A DNA stretch of 64,000 bases from the NCBI GenBank assembly GCA_963816395.1, contig CAWFKQ010000016.1:352001-416000 (forward strand), written 5' to 3'. Made by a program: the position numbers and the translations under genes. The notes under the pieces are model-generated. The model was given only the letters and a program-made list of their open reading frames with translations. It was not told where the DNA came from and did no database searches. Positions 19,944 through 29,658 of this stretch are shown in pieces (the first letter of the stretch is position 1; every line of letters begins with the position of its first letter). This DNA is from an uncultured delta proteobacterium (GTDB lineage Bacteria > Desulfobacterota > Desulfuromonadia > Desulfuromonadales > JACZKF01).

Positions 19944-21819
19944 CTATCTGGCGATTTTTCCGTCCAGCCGCTTGAGCTTTCGCCAGAGGGTGGAGCGGCT
20001 TATTCCCAGCAGATTGGGCGGCATCGGCGTATTTCCCCTTGCTGAGGGTCAGCGCCCGTTTGATCTCCTCCAGTTCGTTGGCGAGGACATGCGCCCGCAG
20101 TCCGTTTTCCCGATCCTCTTCCAGCATCTGGTGGATGATGTCGGCCTTGATCGTCTGCTCCTTGTAGGCGGCGACAATGCGTTCCATGACGTTCTGCAAT
20201 TCCCGGACGTTGCCGGGCCATTCGTATCGGCTCAGTGCCTCCAGGGCCGACGGCGCCAGGGTCAGCCGCCGCTTCATGGCCGTGGCATACTGGTGCAGGA
20301 AGTGGCGTGCGAGGAGGCCAATATCCTCCTTGCGTTCCCGCAGGGGGGCAAGGCGCAGCAGCAGAACATTCAGGCGGTAATAGAGATCGGCGCGAAAACG
20401 ATTTCCGTTGACCAGATTTTTCAGGTTCTTGTTGGAAGCTGCGAGGATGCGCACGTCGACCGGGGTGACCCGGTCGCTGCCCAGCCGCATGACCTTTTTT
20501 TCCTGCAGCACCCGCAGCAGTTTCCCCTGGGTGGCGTATTCCATTTCGGCGATTTCATCGAGGAACAGGGTGCCCCCGTGGGCCACTTCGAAGAGGCCGG
20601 GTTTGCCTTTCGGATTGGCGCCGGTAAAGGCCCCGCCGACATAGCCGAACAGCTCACTCTCGAGAATCTGGGCGGGAATTGCCGCGCAGTTGACGGCGAC
20701 GAACGGTCCCTGTCGCCGATTGCTGTGGTTGTGGATGCTCTGGGCGAACACCTCCTTGCCGGTGCCGGTCTCGCCCAGTATCAGGACCGACGAATCGGTC
20801 AGGGCGAAGTCCCGGGCGGCGGCGATCGTCATGCGCAGGGACGCGCTCTTTCCGTGGATATCTTCGAAGCGAAAAACGGCGACATGTCCCGAAGCGTACA
20901 GGCGCCGGCGCACCCGTGCTTCCAGCTGCTGCAGCCGGGTGGCGTCCTGAAAGGTGGCGACAGCCCCGACCACGCTGCCGTTGACGCGGATCGGTACCTT
21001 GTTGCAGGCCACATGGGTGTCGTTCACCTTGAGCAGCTGCCCGAGATCGTCCTGTCCGGAGGCCAGTACCTGCTCGAGGTCGAGTTCGGGCCAGACCTGC
21101 CGAATCGGCAGGCCAATGGCTCGGGTGCGGCTGATTTTGGTGATCGTCTCCGCCACAGGGTTGAAAAAGGTGACCACCCCCTCCCGGTTCACCGAAACAA
21201 TCCCCTCATAGGCGTAGTCGAGGACTGCCCGGAAGAGATTGCCCTTGGCTTTCTCCTGCTGCCGGGCGAAGGCGATATGCTTCGCCTCCTGCGCCGCCTG
21301 CAGCATGCTCTCGGCGCTGTTCTCAATCAGAGCGAAAGGGAGGCCATGTTTTTGAGCCAGCTTGCCGGTGATCGCCCCGCCGACGATGACATCGGCATGT
21401 TCGGCCATGGCCCTGCGGATCATCTCGTCCACCGCCGTTTCATCCTCGAGGGGATAGAAGCGGACGTCCTCCCCCAGGAGCGGTCCCAGGTAGTCGATGC
21501 CGGGGATCATGGGTGCAAAGGCGACCACCCCGATGCGCCGGCCGTGGAATTTGGCCTCCTCGATCGTTTGGATAACGTCGAGAGCGGTAGTCGGAATGTC
21601 GACCACAGAGGCCTCCAGTCCCGCTTCCCGAATGAGAGCGGCGGTCCGTCCCCGGCTGATGAACACTTCATAGTCTTGCTGCGCCAGTAATGCAGCGATC
21701 TTTACCGCCTCCCCCAGCAGCCCCTTTTCGATGACGATGTCGGGGTAACCATGGCGGAAGGCGCTGCGGGCCCGTTCCAGCAGGCGGCCGTCGGGAAGTA
21801 TGCAGGCGATTTTCGACAC
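19944..21819 (-). CDS. PrpR-family sigma-54 activator (PrpR_N-PAS-AAA-HTH; frameshift in the HTH)
   Basis: FISRGRTA, GETGTGKE, GAFTGA; HTH LGISRSTLWRKLK lies in the shifted frame ending at TAG 19944. Confidence 0.9.
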
Positions 21820-21934
21820 GGAAGAGTCCTTTTTCTCTGAAACAAAATGAAACAATTTGCGATGATGTTGCAACATGCCTGGCTTTATTGCAACAACAAA
21901 GCTGCAAGCCATTGAAAAAATGGTATTATGAAAA

Positions 21935-21951
21935 TTGGCACACAAATCGCT
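21935..21951 (+). promoter_or_regulatory. Sigma-54 (-24/-12) promoter of the tct operon
   Basis: TTGGCACACAAATCGCT (GG-N10-GC); upstream TGAAACA direct repeats and a TGTTGCAACA dyad at about 21838-21876 are candidate activator sites. Confidence 0.8.
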
Positions 21952-22113
21952 AGATAACCCTCGCATGTCGTTCAATGGCGATGGGTAGCGGAGATAGCTG
22001 GAGTGGTAATTGCCGGTGATTTCCTCCCGTTGAGGAATTTTTTTCCATTCAGCGGGGAGAGCGGTTCAGCTCCCCACAATCGCGGTTTAATCCCAATCAA
22101 AAGGAGAAAATGC

Positions 22114-23085
22114 ATGAGAAGACTCACTGGCTATGGCACCCTGGTCGCATTCGTCCTGGCCTTCGCCGGCTGGTTCGCGGCTCCGGCATCCGCGGCGAAG
22201 TACCCCGACCAACCTCTGACCTACATCATCTGCTTCAATCCCGGCGGCGAGTCCGACATAACCGCCCGCATCCAGGAAGCGCCGCTGAAAAAGTATTTCG
22301 GCCAGGACGTCGTCGTCACCTACAAGATCGGCGGCGGCGGCTCCGTTGGCTGGTCGGAACTCGTGCAGAGCAAGCCGGACGGCTACACCATCGCCGGCGA
22401 CAACCTGCCCCATATCGTTCTCCAGCCGCTGACCCGCGGCAATGCCGGCTACGATACCCTGCAGCTCAAGCAGGTCTACATGTTCGAGAGCACCCCGAAC
22501 ATCCTGCTGGTGCGCCAGGACAGCGAATTCAAGACCCTCAAGGACCTGATCGACTACGCCAAGGCGCATCCGGGCGTGGTGACGGCCGGCGGCAGCGGCA
22601 GCAGCTCGGCCAATGAGCTGGGCACCATGATGCTGAACAAGGCCGCCGGCATCAAGATCACCTATATCCCCTTCTCCGGCTCCGGGGCCGCCACCCCCGC
22701 CCTGCTCGGCGGCCACGTCGGGGCGCTCATGAGCTATTCGACCATGGCCGTACAGTACAAGGATAAGTTCCGTCCCCTGGCCATCATGTCCGAGGAGCGG
22801 ATGTCGGTGCTGCCCGACGTTCCCACCTTCAAGGAGCTGGGCTACGACATCGTGGAAGGGGCCTACCGCGGCGTCGCCGCCCCTCCCGGCACCCCGGACG
22901 ATCGCGTCCAGTATCTGGCCGATACCTTCGCCAAGGTCATGAAGGATCCGGAAGTGGTCAAGAAGATGGATGAAAACGGCTTCAAGATCGAACATATGGG
23001 TCCCTCTGAGGCCACCGAGTTCGTCAAGAAGAAGATAGTCGAATACAAAGAGCTGCTCGGCGAAATGGGATTGCTCAAGAAGTAA
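22114..23085 (+). CDS. tctC: Tripartite tricarboxylate transporter substrate-binding protein
   Basis: YPDQP...PGGESDITAR, KPDGYT, PDVPTFKELG. Confidence 0.92.
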   Translation: MRRLTGYGTLVAFVLAFAGWFAAPASAAKYPDQPLTYIICFNPGGESDITARIQEAPLKKYFGQDVVVTYKIGGGGSVGWSELVQSKPDGYTIAGDNLPHIVLQPLTRGNAGYDTLQLKQVYMFESTPNILLVRQDSEFKTLKDLIDYAKAHPGVVTAGGSGSSSANELGTMMLNKAAGIKITYIPFSGSGAATPALLGGHVGALMSYSTMAVQYKDKFRPLAIMSEERMSVLPDVPTFKELGYDIVEGAYRGVAAPPGTPDDRVQYLADTFAKVMKDPEVVKKMDENGFKIEHMGPSEATEFVKKKIVEYKELLGEMGLLKK

Positions 23086-23117
23086 GTAAGCCTACTTTCA
23101 GAGAAAAATGCCTTTCC

Positions 23118-23152
23118 CCGGGCGGCCCGCCCCAGCGCCGCCCGGTTTTTTT
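23118..23152 (+). terminator. Intra-operon hairpin/terminator after tctC
   Basis: CCGGGCGGC-N10-GCCGCCCGG-TTTTTTT. Confidence 0.65.
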
Positions 23153-23175
23153 ACCCTCTGCCAGGAGTTCCAGCC

Positions 23176-24721
23176 TTGCTCGAGCACATTCTGATGGGTT
23201 TTGACCACTTAATTTCTCCACTCAACCTGTTACTGGTACTGGCCGGGACAGTGGCCGGGATGGTCGTCGGCTCGCTACCCGGACTGACCGCCACCATGGC
23301 GGTCGCCCTGCTGGTCCCCTTCACCTACACCATGAGTCCGGTGGCCGGCCTGGTCACCCTGGGCGCCATCTACATGGGGTGCATCTACGGTGGGTGCTTC
23401 AGCGCCATCCTGATCAATACGCCGGGGACCCCCAGCTCCATCGGCACCACCTTCGACGGCTACCCGATGGCCCAGCAGGGACGCGGTGAGGAAGCGATCA
23501 TCGCGGCTACCGTCGGCTCGGCTTTCGGCGGCCTGGTGGGGGTGGTCGCCCTGATCTTCCTCAGCCCGCCCCTGGCCGGGATCGCCCTGCGCTTCGGTCC
23601 GGCCGAATACTTCTGGGTCGGGGTCTTCGGCCTGACCATCATCTCCAGCCTGGCGGCCGGCTCCTTCCTCAAGGGGATCACCGGGGCCATCTTCGGCGTC
23701 CTGATCTCCACCATCGGCATCGCACCGATCGGCGGCGACGTGCGCTTTACCTTCGGTGTGCCGAGTCTGCAGGGCGGCCTCGACCTGATCGTCATGCTCA
23801 TCGGCCTGTTCTGCATCCCTGAACTGCTGAATCTGGTCCTGCGCGGGGTCGAGAATCACCAGGCGGTGGAGTACCGGCGGGGCAAGGGCGTACTCTGGGC
23901 GACCGGTGCGCCAGGTCTTCTCCAAGCCCGGCAACCTGATCCGCTCCTCGATCATCGGCACGGTGGTCGGCATCCTGCCCGGCGCCGGCGGCAACATCGC
24001 CAACCTGGTCTCCTACAACGAGGCCCGCCGTGCCTCGAAGGAGCCGGAGAAGTTCGGCACCGGCATCGTCGACGGAGTGGTCGCCACCGAGACCGCCAAC
24101 AACGCGGTCGTCGGGGGCGGGATGATCCCCCTGATTACCCTCGGCATCCCCGGCGCCCCCCCAGATGCCATCATCTACGGAGTGCTCATGCTGCAGGGGC
24201 TGCGCCCCGGGCCGGAACTGTTCGCCGCCCGGGCCGACATCACCTACACTTTCATGCTGGCCGTGGGCTTGTCCGCCATCGTCATGGTGCCGGTGGGGAT
24301 CTACGGCGGCCGCCTGCTCACCCGCCTGGTCGCCACCCTGCACCCGAAATACCTGGTGCCCGGCATCGGCATCCTGACCATCGTCGGCTCCTACGCCATC
24401 CGCAACAATTACACCGATGTCTGGCTCATGCTGGTCTTCGGCCTCATCGGCTTCGGTCTGCGTTATCTCGGCTTCCATGGGGCGCCGATCGTCCTCGGCC
24501 TCATCCTGGGGCCGATCATGGAGCAGGGACTGGTGCAGTCGTACCTGATGGGGCAGGGCACCGCCTGGCCGTATCACACCCTGTTCGTCAACCCCCTCTC
24601 CTGGGTGCTGATCGCCCTGTGTCTCTTCTCCTTCCTCTGGCCCTATTTCGGCCATCTGAAGAAGCTGATGAAAAAGCCTGCCGGGCAAACGGACGGCATT
24701 GACGAAAGGACGGAACAATGA
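23176..24721 (+). CDS. tctA: Tripartite tricarboxylate transporter large permease (frameshift near 23905)
   Basis: GSLPGL, ILINTPGTP, DGYPMAQQG, ETANNA, LGIPG. Confidence 0.92.
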
Positions 24722-25188
24722 ACGCCAGAGCCCGCGACCTTCTCGGCTCCATCCTGATGCTGGTTTTCGTCGCCGTACTCTGGATGCAGCGCAACTACAT
24801 CACCCCCTTCGGCGGCATCTTCCCCGATATCGTGATGATCTGTCTGGCGGCGGTGGCGGTATTGACCCTGATCATGGCATTCACCCCCTGGGCCGCCATC
24901 AAGGAAGCGGCAGTCAAAAAACAGGATGCCCTGCGGAAGAACTGGTTCGAAATGGCCGTGGTGGGCATCATCATGCTCGTCTGGACCGTCCTGCTGCGCT
25001 ATGCGGGCTTCGCCCTGTCGGGGGTCCTCGGTTTCGGCGGCATCGCCTGGTTTCTCAGCAGTCGGCGCGGATCCCTGCGGACCATCCTCACCACCTTCAT
25101 TGCTGGCGCGGTCCTGACCTACCTGCTCATCTTCATCTTCGAGCATCTGCTGCAGGTGCCGCTGCCGAAGGGAACGATCTTCGGCTGA
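24718..25188 (+). CDS. tctB: Tripartite tricarboxylate transporter small permease
   Basis: Four to five TM segments, C-terminal FEHLLQVPLPKG, overlaps the tctA stop. Confidence 0.85.
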   Translation: MNARARDLLGSILMLVFVAVLWMQRNYITPFGGIFPDIVMICLAAVAVLTLIMAFTPWAAIKEAAVKKQDALRKNWFEMAVVGIIMLVWTVLLRYAGFALSGVLGFGGIAWFLSSRRGSLRTILTTFIAGAVLTYLLIFIFEHLLQVPLPKGTIFG

Positions 25189-25204
25189 CAATGAAAAAGC
25201 ATCT

Positions 25205-25332
25205 AAACGCCCGCTCCTTTCAGTCGCTAGAGACGCAGAGGCGCAGAGAGTAAGCGAAGCGAACGGGTGGTGAAAGATTTTTTGAATTTTTTTAAAAAGG
25301 TAGTTCTCAGCGTCTCGGCGTCTCTGCGTTAA
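25205..25332. repeat. Intergenic hairpin repeat (AACGC...GCGTT family)
   Basis: Shares aacgcccgctcctttcagtcgct(a/g)gagacgc(a/g)gag with 26492; closes with ctctgcgtt. Confidence 0.75.
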
Positions 25333-25381
25333 ATTGATTTTTTTGCGCCTTTTTCCTGTACTTCACTAAGAAGGAAAGAAT

Positions 25382-26461
25382 ATGAAGACACTGCAGATCG
25401 CCGCCATCCCCGGGGATGGCATCGGCAAGGAGACGGTGGCCGCCGGGCGGCGGGTGCTGGATACGGCGGCCGAGGTGCACGGCGGCTTCCGCTTCGACTA
25501 TCGGGATCTGGACTGGAGCTGCGAATATTATCTGCGGCACGGCCGGATGATGCCGGAAGACGGTCTCGACATCCTGCGCCCCTGCGACGCCATTTTCCTT
25601 GGCGCGGTCGGCTTTCCCGGGGTTCCCGACCATGTCTCCCTGTGGGGACTGCTGCTGCCGATCCGCCGCAGCTTCCGCCAGTACGTCAACCTGCGCCCGG
25701 TCAAGCTGATGCCCGGCGTGCGCACCCCCCTGGCCGACCGCCGGCCGGAGGACATCGATTTCCTGGTGGTGCGGGAGAACAACGAGGGGGAATACTCCAA
25801 CATGGGCGGGCGCCTCTACCCGGGCACGCCCCAGGAGGTGGTGGTCCAGAATACGGTGTTCACCCGCTACGGCGTGGAAAAGGTGATCCGCTACGCCTTC
25901 GAGCTGGCCCGCCGCACCGGGCGCCAGCGGGTGTCCTCGGCCACCAAGTCGAACGGCATCAATTTCACCATGCCGTTCTGGGACGAGGTGTTCGCGGAGA
26001 TCGGCCGGGAATATCCGGAGATCGCCACCGACCAGTTCCACATCGACGCCTTGTGCGCCCGCTTTGTCACCCATCCGCAGCATTTCGACGTGGTCGTCGG
26101 CAGCAACCTGTTCGGCGACATCCTGACCGACCTCGGCCCGGCCATCGCCGGCAGCATCGGCATCGCCCCCTCGGCCAACCTGAACCCGGAGAAGGAGTTC
26201 CCGTCGATGTTCGAGCCGGTGCACGGCTCCGCCCCGGACATCGCCGGCAAGGGGATCGCCAATCCCATGGGGCAGGTCTGGTGCGGGGCGATGATGCTCG
26301 AGCACCTGGGCTTCCCCGAGGCGGGAGAGCTGGTCATGCGAGCGCTGACCGCCACCCTGGAGGCCGGCACCGCCACCGCCGACATTGGCGGCCGGGCCGA
26401 CACCCGGCAAGTCACCGATGCCATCTGCGGCAAGATCCGCGAGCTGGCCGGGAAAGGATGA
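25382..26461 (+). CDS. Tartrate dehydrogenase/decarboxylase / D-malate dehydrogenase, paralog 1
   Basis: IPGDGIGKE, VPDHVSLWGLL, RENNEGEY, TKSNG, SMFEPVHGSAPDIAG. Confidence 0.9.
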   Translation: MKTLQIAAIPGDGIGKETVAAGRRVLDTAAEVHGGFRFDYRDLDWSCEYYLRHGRMMPEDGLDILRPCDAIFLGAVGFPGVPDHVSLWGLLLPIRRSFRQYVNLRPVKLMPGVRTPLADRRPEDIDFLVVRENNEGEYSNMGGRLYPGTPQEVVVQNTVFTRYGVEKVIRYAFELARRTGRQRVSSATKSNGINFTMPFWDEVFAEIGREYPEIATDQFHIDALCARFVTHPQHFDVVVGSNLFGDILTDLGPAIAGSIGIAPSANLNPEKEFPSMFEPVHGSAPDIAGKGIANPMGQVWCGAMMLEHLGFPEAGELVMRALTATLEAGTATADIGGRADTRQVTDAICGKIRELAGKG

Positions 26462-26489
26462 ACTCACACCCGAAAGAAAGAACAAGCAT

Positions 26490-26602
26490 TTAACGCCCGC
26501 TCCTTTCAGTCGCTGGAGACGCGGAGAACGCAGAGAAAAAAGGTTCTTGGCTTCCTTTGCGAGCTCTGCGCACTTGAGTGAGCGGAGCGAACGGGCGTTA
26601 AA
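26490..26602. repeat. Intergenic hairpin repeat with terminal inverted arms
   Basis: ttaacgcccg ... cgggcgttaa. Confidence 0.75.
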
Positions 26603-26680
26603 AAAGGTTTTTTCTTCGATTAATCTTTTCGAAAAATCGTGAGGGCTGCCTCTTGCCGCTCCCATAACAGGAGGAAAAAC

Positions 26681-27773
26681 ATGCGCGAATACAAGATTGC
26701 CGCCATCCCGGCCGACGGCATCGGCAAGGAAGTGATCCCCGCCGGGATCCGGGTACTGCAGACCCTCGCCGAGGTGCAGGGGGATTTCCGCCTCTCCTTC
26801 CAGGACTTCCCCTGGGGGTGCGACTACTACCACCAGCACGGCCGGATGATGGCCGAGGAGGGTCTGGAGACGTTAAAGGGCTTCGACGCCATCTTCTTCG
26901 GCGCCGTCGGCCATCCGACGGTTCCCGACCATATCACCCTCTGGGGGCTGCGCCTGGCTATCTGCCAGGGGTTCGACCAGTATGCCAACGTCCGCCCGGC
27001 CCGCATCCTTCCCGGCATCAGCAGCCCCCTGCGGGGGCGGGGGGAGAAGGACCTCGACTGGATCATCGTCCGCGAGAACAGCGAGGGGGAATATTCGGGG
27101 GTCGGCGGCCGGGCGCACCGCGGCCTGCCCGAGGAGGTCGGCATGGAGGTCTCCGTCTTCACCCGCACCGGGGTGCGGCGCATCATGCGCTTCGCCTTCG
27201 ACCTGGCCCGCAAGCGCCCGCGCAAGCTGTTGACCCTGGTGACCAAGTCCAACGCCCAGCGGCATGGGATGGTGATGTGGGACGAGATCTTCGCCGAGAC
27301 GGCGAAGGAGTATCCGGACGTGACCACCGACAAGATGCTGGTCGACGCGGTCACCACCCGCATGGTGCTCAAGCCGGAGAGCCTGGACGTGATGGTCGCC
27401 ACCAACCTGCACGCCGACATCATCTCCGACCTGGCGGCGGCCCTTTCGGGGAGCCTGGGGATCGGCCCGACGGCCAATCTCAATCCGGAGAAGTCCTTTC
27501 CCTCCATGTTCGAGCCGATCCACGGCTCGGCCTTCGACATCATGGGGCAGGGGATCGCCAACCCCATCGGCACCTTCTGGACGGCGGTGCTGATGCTGCA
27601 GCACCTCGGCGAAGAGCAAGGCCGCCGCCCGGCTGATGCAGGCCATCGAGACGGTGACGCGGGAGGGCCGGACGCTCCCCCGCGACCTCGGCGGCACGGC
27701 CGGCACTGAGGAGGTGACCGACGCCGTCTGCCAGGCCCTGCGCCGGCCGGAGGCGGCGCGGGTCGGCGCCTGA
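26681..27773 (+). CDS. Tartrate dehydrogenase/decarboxylase / D-malate dehydrogenase, paralog 2 (frameshift near 27620)
   Basis: IPADGIGKE, PDHITLWGLRL, RENSEGEY, TKSNAQ, SMFEPIHGSAFDI. Confidence 0.9.
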
Positions 27774-27786
27774 GAGGCGGACGGTC

Positions 27787-27825
27787 ATGCACGCGCTGGA
27801 AAAGATCCTGGCCCGGGCGGCGGAC
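27787..27825 (+). pseudogene. Possible 5' remnant of a LeuC/HacA-type dehydratase large subunit
   Basis: GAGG RBS then MHALEKILARA, resembling the EKILARA N-terminal motif; similarity stops at once. Confidence 0.4.
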
Positions 27826-27868
27826 CGACGTCGCCACGGACGAATCCAATAAACCTGGAAAAAGCAGT

Positions 27869-27999
27869 CTCACGCGACGAACGCAACGAACGCGACGTAA
27901 AATCAGAAGGTTATCAGAAATAGACCTTTCACCTGCCCGGTAAGAGGCTCTAGGATGTAAGACTTTGATTTCGTTGCGTTCGTTGCGGCGTTGCGTGAT
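27869..27999. repeat. Intergenic nonamer hairpin repeat
   Basis: tcacgcgacgaacgcaacgaacgcgacg ... cgttgcgttcgttgcggcgttgcgtga; related copy at 30833-31025. Confidence 0.75.
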
Positions 28000-28081
28000 C
28001 AACTGCCGTGTTTAGGATAAATCTGTGAAAATCCGTTTACATCAGATTTGATTCCGTGTTCAAAGGTTTTTCTCGGGACTA

Positions 28082-28687
28082 TCAGTGCCCTTCCGCCCCC
28101 CCGTGGGCCGGTCCATGGTGCACCGCGTCCGCCAGTCCTTCCACATAGTGGATGTAGGCCACGTAGGCCTCGACGTACTCCCGCCCGGCGGCCACGCTTT
28201 TATCCGCCTGCTTTCTTGCCGCCGCCGCGCGGGCGAAGCGCTCCCGGATTCCCTCCTCGGTATGGCGGGCGATGTCCTTCGCCAACTCGTCCACCGTTCC
28301 CGTCGCCAGGGCCTGGTCGGCTCTGGCGATCGCCGGCTCGACCCGGCCGGCCGGCTTGAGGCCGGTATAGGGCGCTCCCTCCCCGGCGCGGTGGATGCGC
28401 ACCAGGGTCTCGAAGAAATACCGGTCCGCCATTGCCTTCGCCGCCGGTCCCAGCCGGCGCACCGCCACCGCCTCGGCGAAGGCCTCGCCGATCGCCTGTT
28501 CATCTTCGGGGCGCACCCACCTGAGCACCGGGGTGACCTCTCCTTTCGCCAATGCCGTCCGGGCATCCTGCACCACCGGGCCATCCAGAGTGTCGCAGTG
28601 GGCGCGGGCCGATATCGGAAGGAGGAGCGCCAGCCCCAGGAGGATGGACAGGGTTGCTGTTGCCGGTTTCCAGCTTCGTGTTTTCAT
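28082..28687 (-). CDS. DUF6448 family exported protein
   Basis: Signal peptide, HCDTLDGPVV, FFETLVRIHRAGEGAPYTGLKPAG; AAGGAGG RBS. Confidence 0.8.
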   Translation of the reverse strand: MKTRSWKPATATLSILLGLALLLPISARAHCDTLDGPVVQDARTALAKGEVTPVLRWVRPEDEQAIGEAFAEAVAVRRLGPAAKAMADRYFFETLVRIHRAGEGAPYTGLKPAGRVEPAIARADQALATGTVDELAKDIARHTEEGIRERFARAAAARKQADKSVAAGREYVEAYVAYIHYVEGLADAVHHGPAHGGAEGH

Positions 28688-28703
28688 AGTTGCCTCCTTA
28701 AAT

Positions 28704-28741
28704 GCCGTGACGCGGGACGCGGTTTGCGGTTCGCGAAAAGC
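28704..28741. repeat. 38-bp repeat identical to 15724..15761
   Basis: Direct sequence identity. Confidence 0.9.
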
Positions 28742-28820
28742 TTTTGATTTTCTCGTACCGCGTACCTGGGCCTTTCTCATTCCTCGCTACCCATTATTAG
28801 CTGGACTTATATTTCCCTCC

Positions 28821-28834
28821 TTGATGCAGATCAA
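28821..28834. promoter_or_regulatory. FNR-type (CRP/FNR family) binding site
   Basis: Perfect TTGAT-GCAG-ATCAA; centred at -41.5 if minus-strand AATAAT (28798-28793) is the -10 of the DUF6448 gene. Confidence 0.75.
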
Positions 28835-28854
28835 GATTTTCGCTTTTTGCCTCC

Positions 28855-28883
28855 TTGACTTACGCCAAACTTACGCCTATGCT
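28855..28883 (+). promoter_or_regulatory. lexA sigma-70 promoter with an embedded direct repeat
   Basis: TTGACT-N17-TATGCT; ACTTACGCC at 28858 and 28869. Confidence 0.7.
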
Positions 28884-28910
28884 TTGCAACACCACTTCCA
28901 GGAGGCCGCT

Positions 28911-29510
28911 ATGAGTCCCCTCACCCCCAAACAGAAGAAGATCGTCGAATTCATCGCCGGCTTTACCGAGCGGGAGGGCTATTCCCCTTCACAGCAGGAG
29001 ATTGCCCGCGCCTTCGGCTTTCGCTCCCTGGGGACGGTGCAGAATTACCTGACGCGCCTGGAGCGCGAAGGACTGCTGGCGCGGCAGTGGAACGCCCGGC
29101 GCGGCATGCGCCTGGTGCGCCCGCAGCTTGCCGCCGCCGAGCTGCCTCTGGCCGGCATCGTCGCCGCCGGTCGGCCGATCGAGGCGGTGGAGACGACCGA
29201 CAGTATCGAGGTGCCGCCGTCGATGGTCGGGCCGGGGGAGAATTTCGTCCTGCGGGTGCAGGGGGATTCGATGGTTGGCGACGGCATCCTCGACGGCGAC
29301 TACGTCGTGGTGCGCAAGCAGGCGGCTGCCGAGAACGGGCAGACGGTGGTGGCGCTGATCGGCAACGAGGCGACGGTGAAGCGCTTCCACCGCCGCGGAC
29401 GGCGCATCGAGCTGCAGCCGGCCAACCCGGCCATGATGCCGATCCTCCTCGAGGACGAGGAGAGCTTTCGTATCGAGGGTGTGGTGGTCGGCGTCATAAG
29501 GCATCTGTAA
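28911..29510 (+). CDS. lexA: SOS repressor LexA
   Basis: LTPKQ...PSQQEIA wHTH, AAG cleavage site, GDSM, ATVKR. Confidence 0.96.
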   Translation: MSPLTPKQKKIVEFIAGFTEREGYSPSQQEIARAFGFRSLGTVQNYLTRLEREGLLARQWNARRGMRLVRPQLAAAELPLAGIVAAGRPIEAVETTDSIEVPPSMVGPGENFVLRVQGDSMVGDGILDGDYVVVRKQAAAENGQTVVALIGNEATVKRFHRRGRRIELQPANPAMMPILLEDEESFRIEGVVVGVIRHL

Positions 29511-29658
29511 ACGGTTCTTTTCCGCCGTGGCGGCGTCAATCTGCGGGTCTGCTTGTGCGGCGTACTGACGTACGCCTCCGCGCAGGCCCTTTGATTTCCT
29601 GGTCACGACGAAAAATTCCTCGTTTACAGAAACCTTATTCTACCTTTTCGATTGCGCC

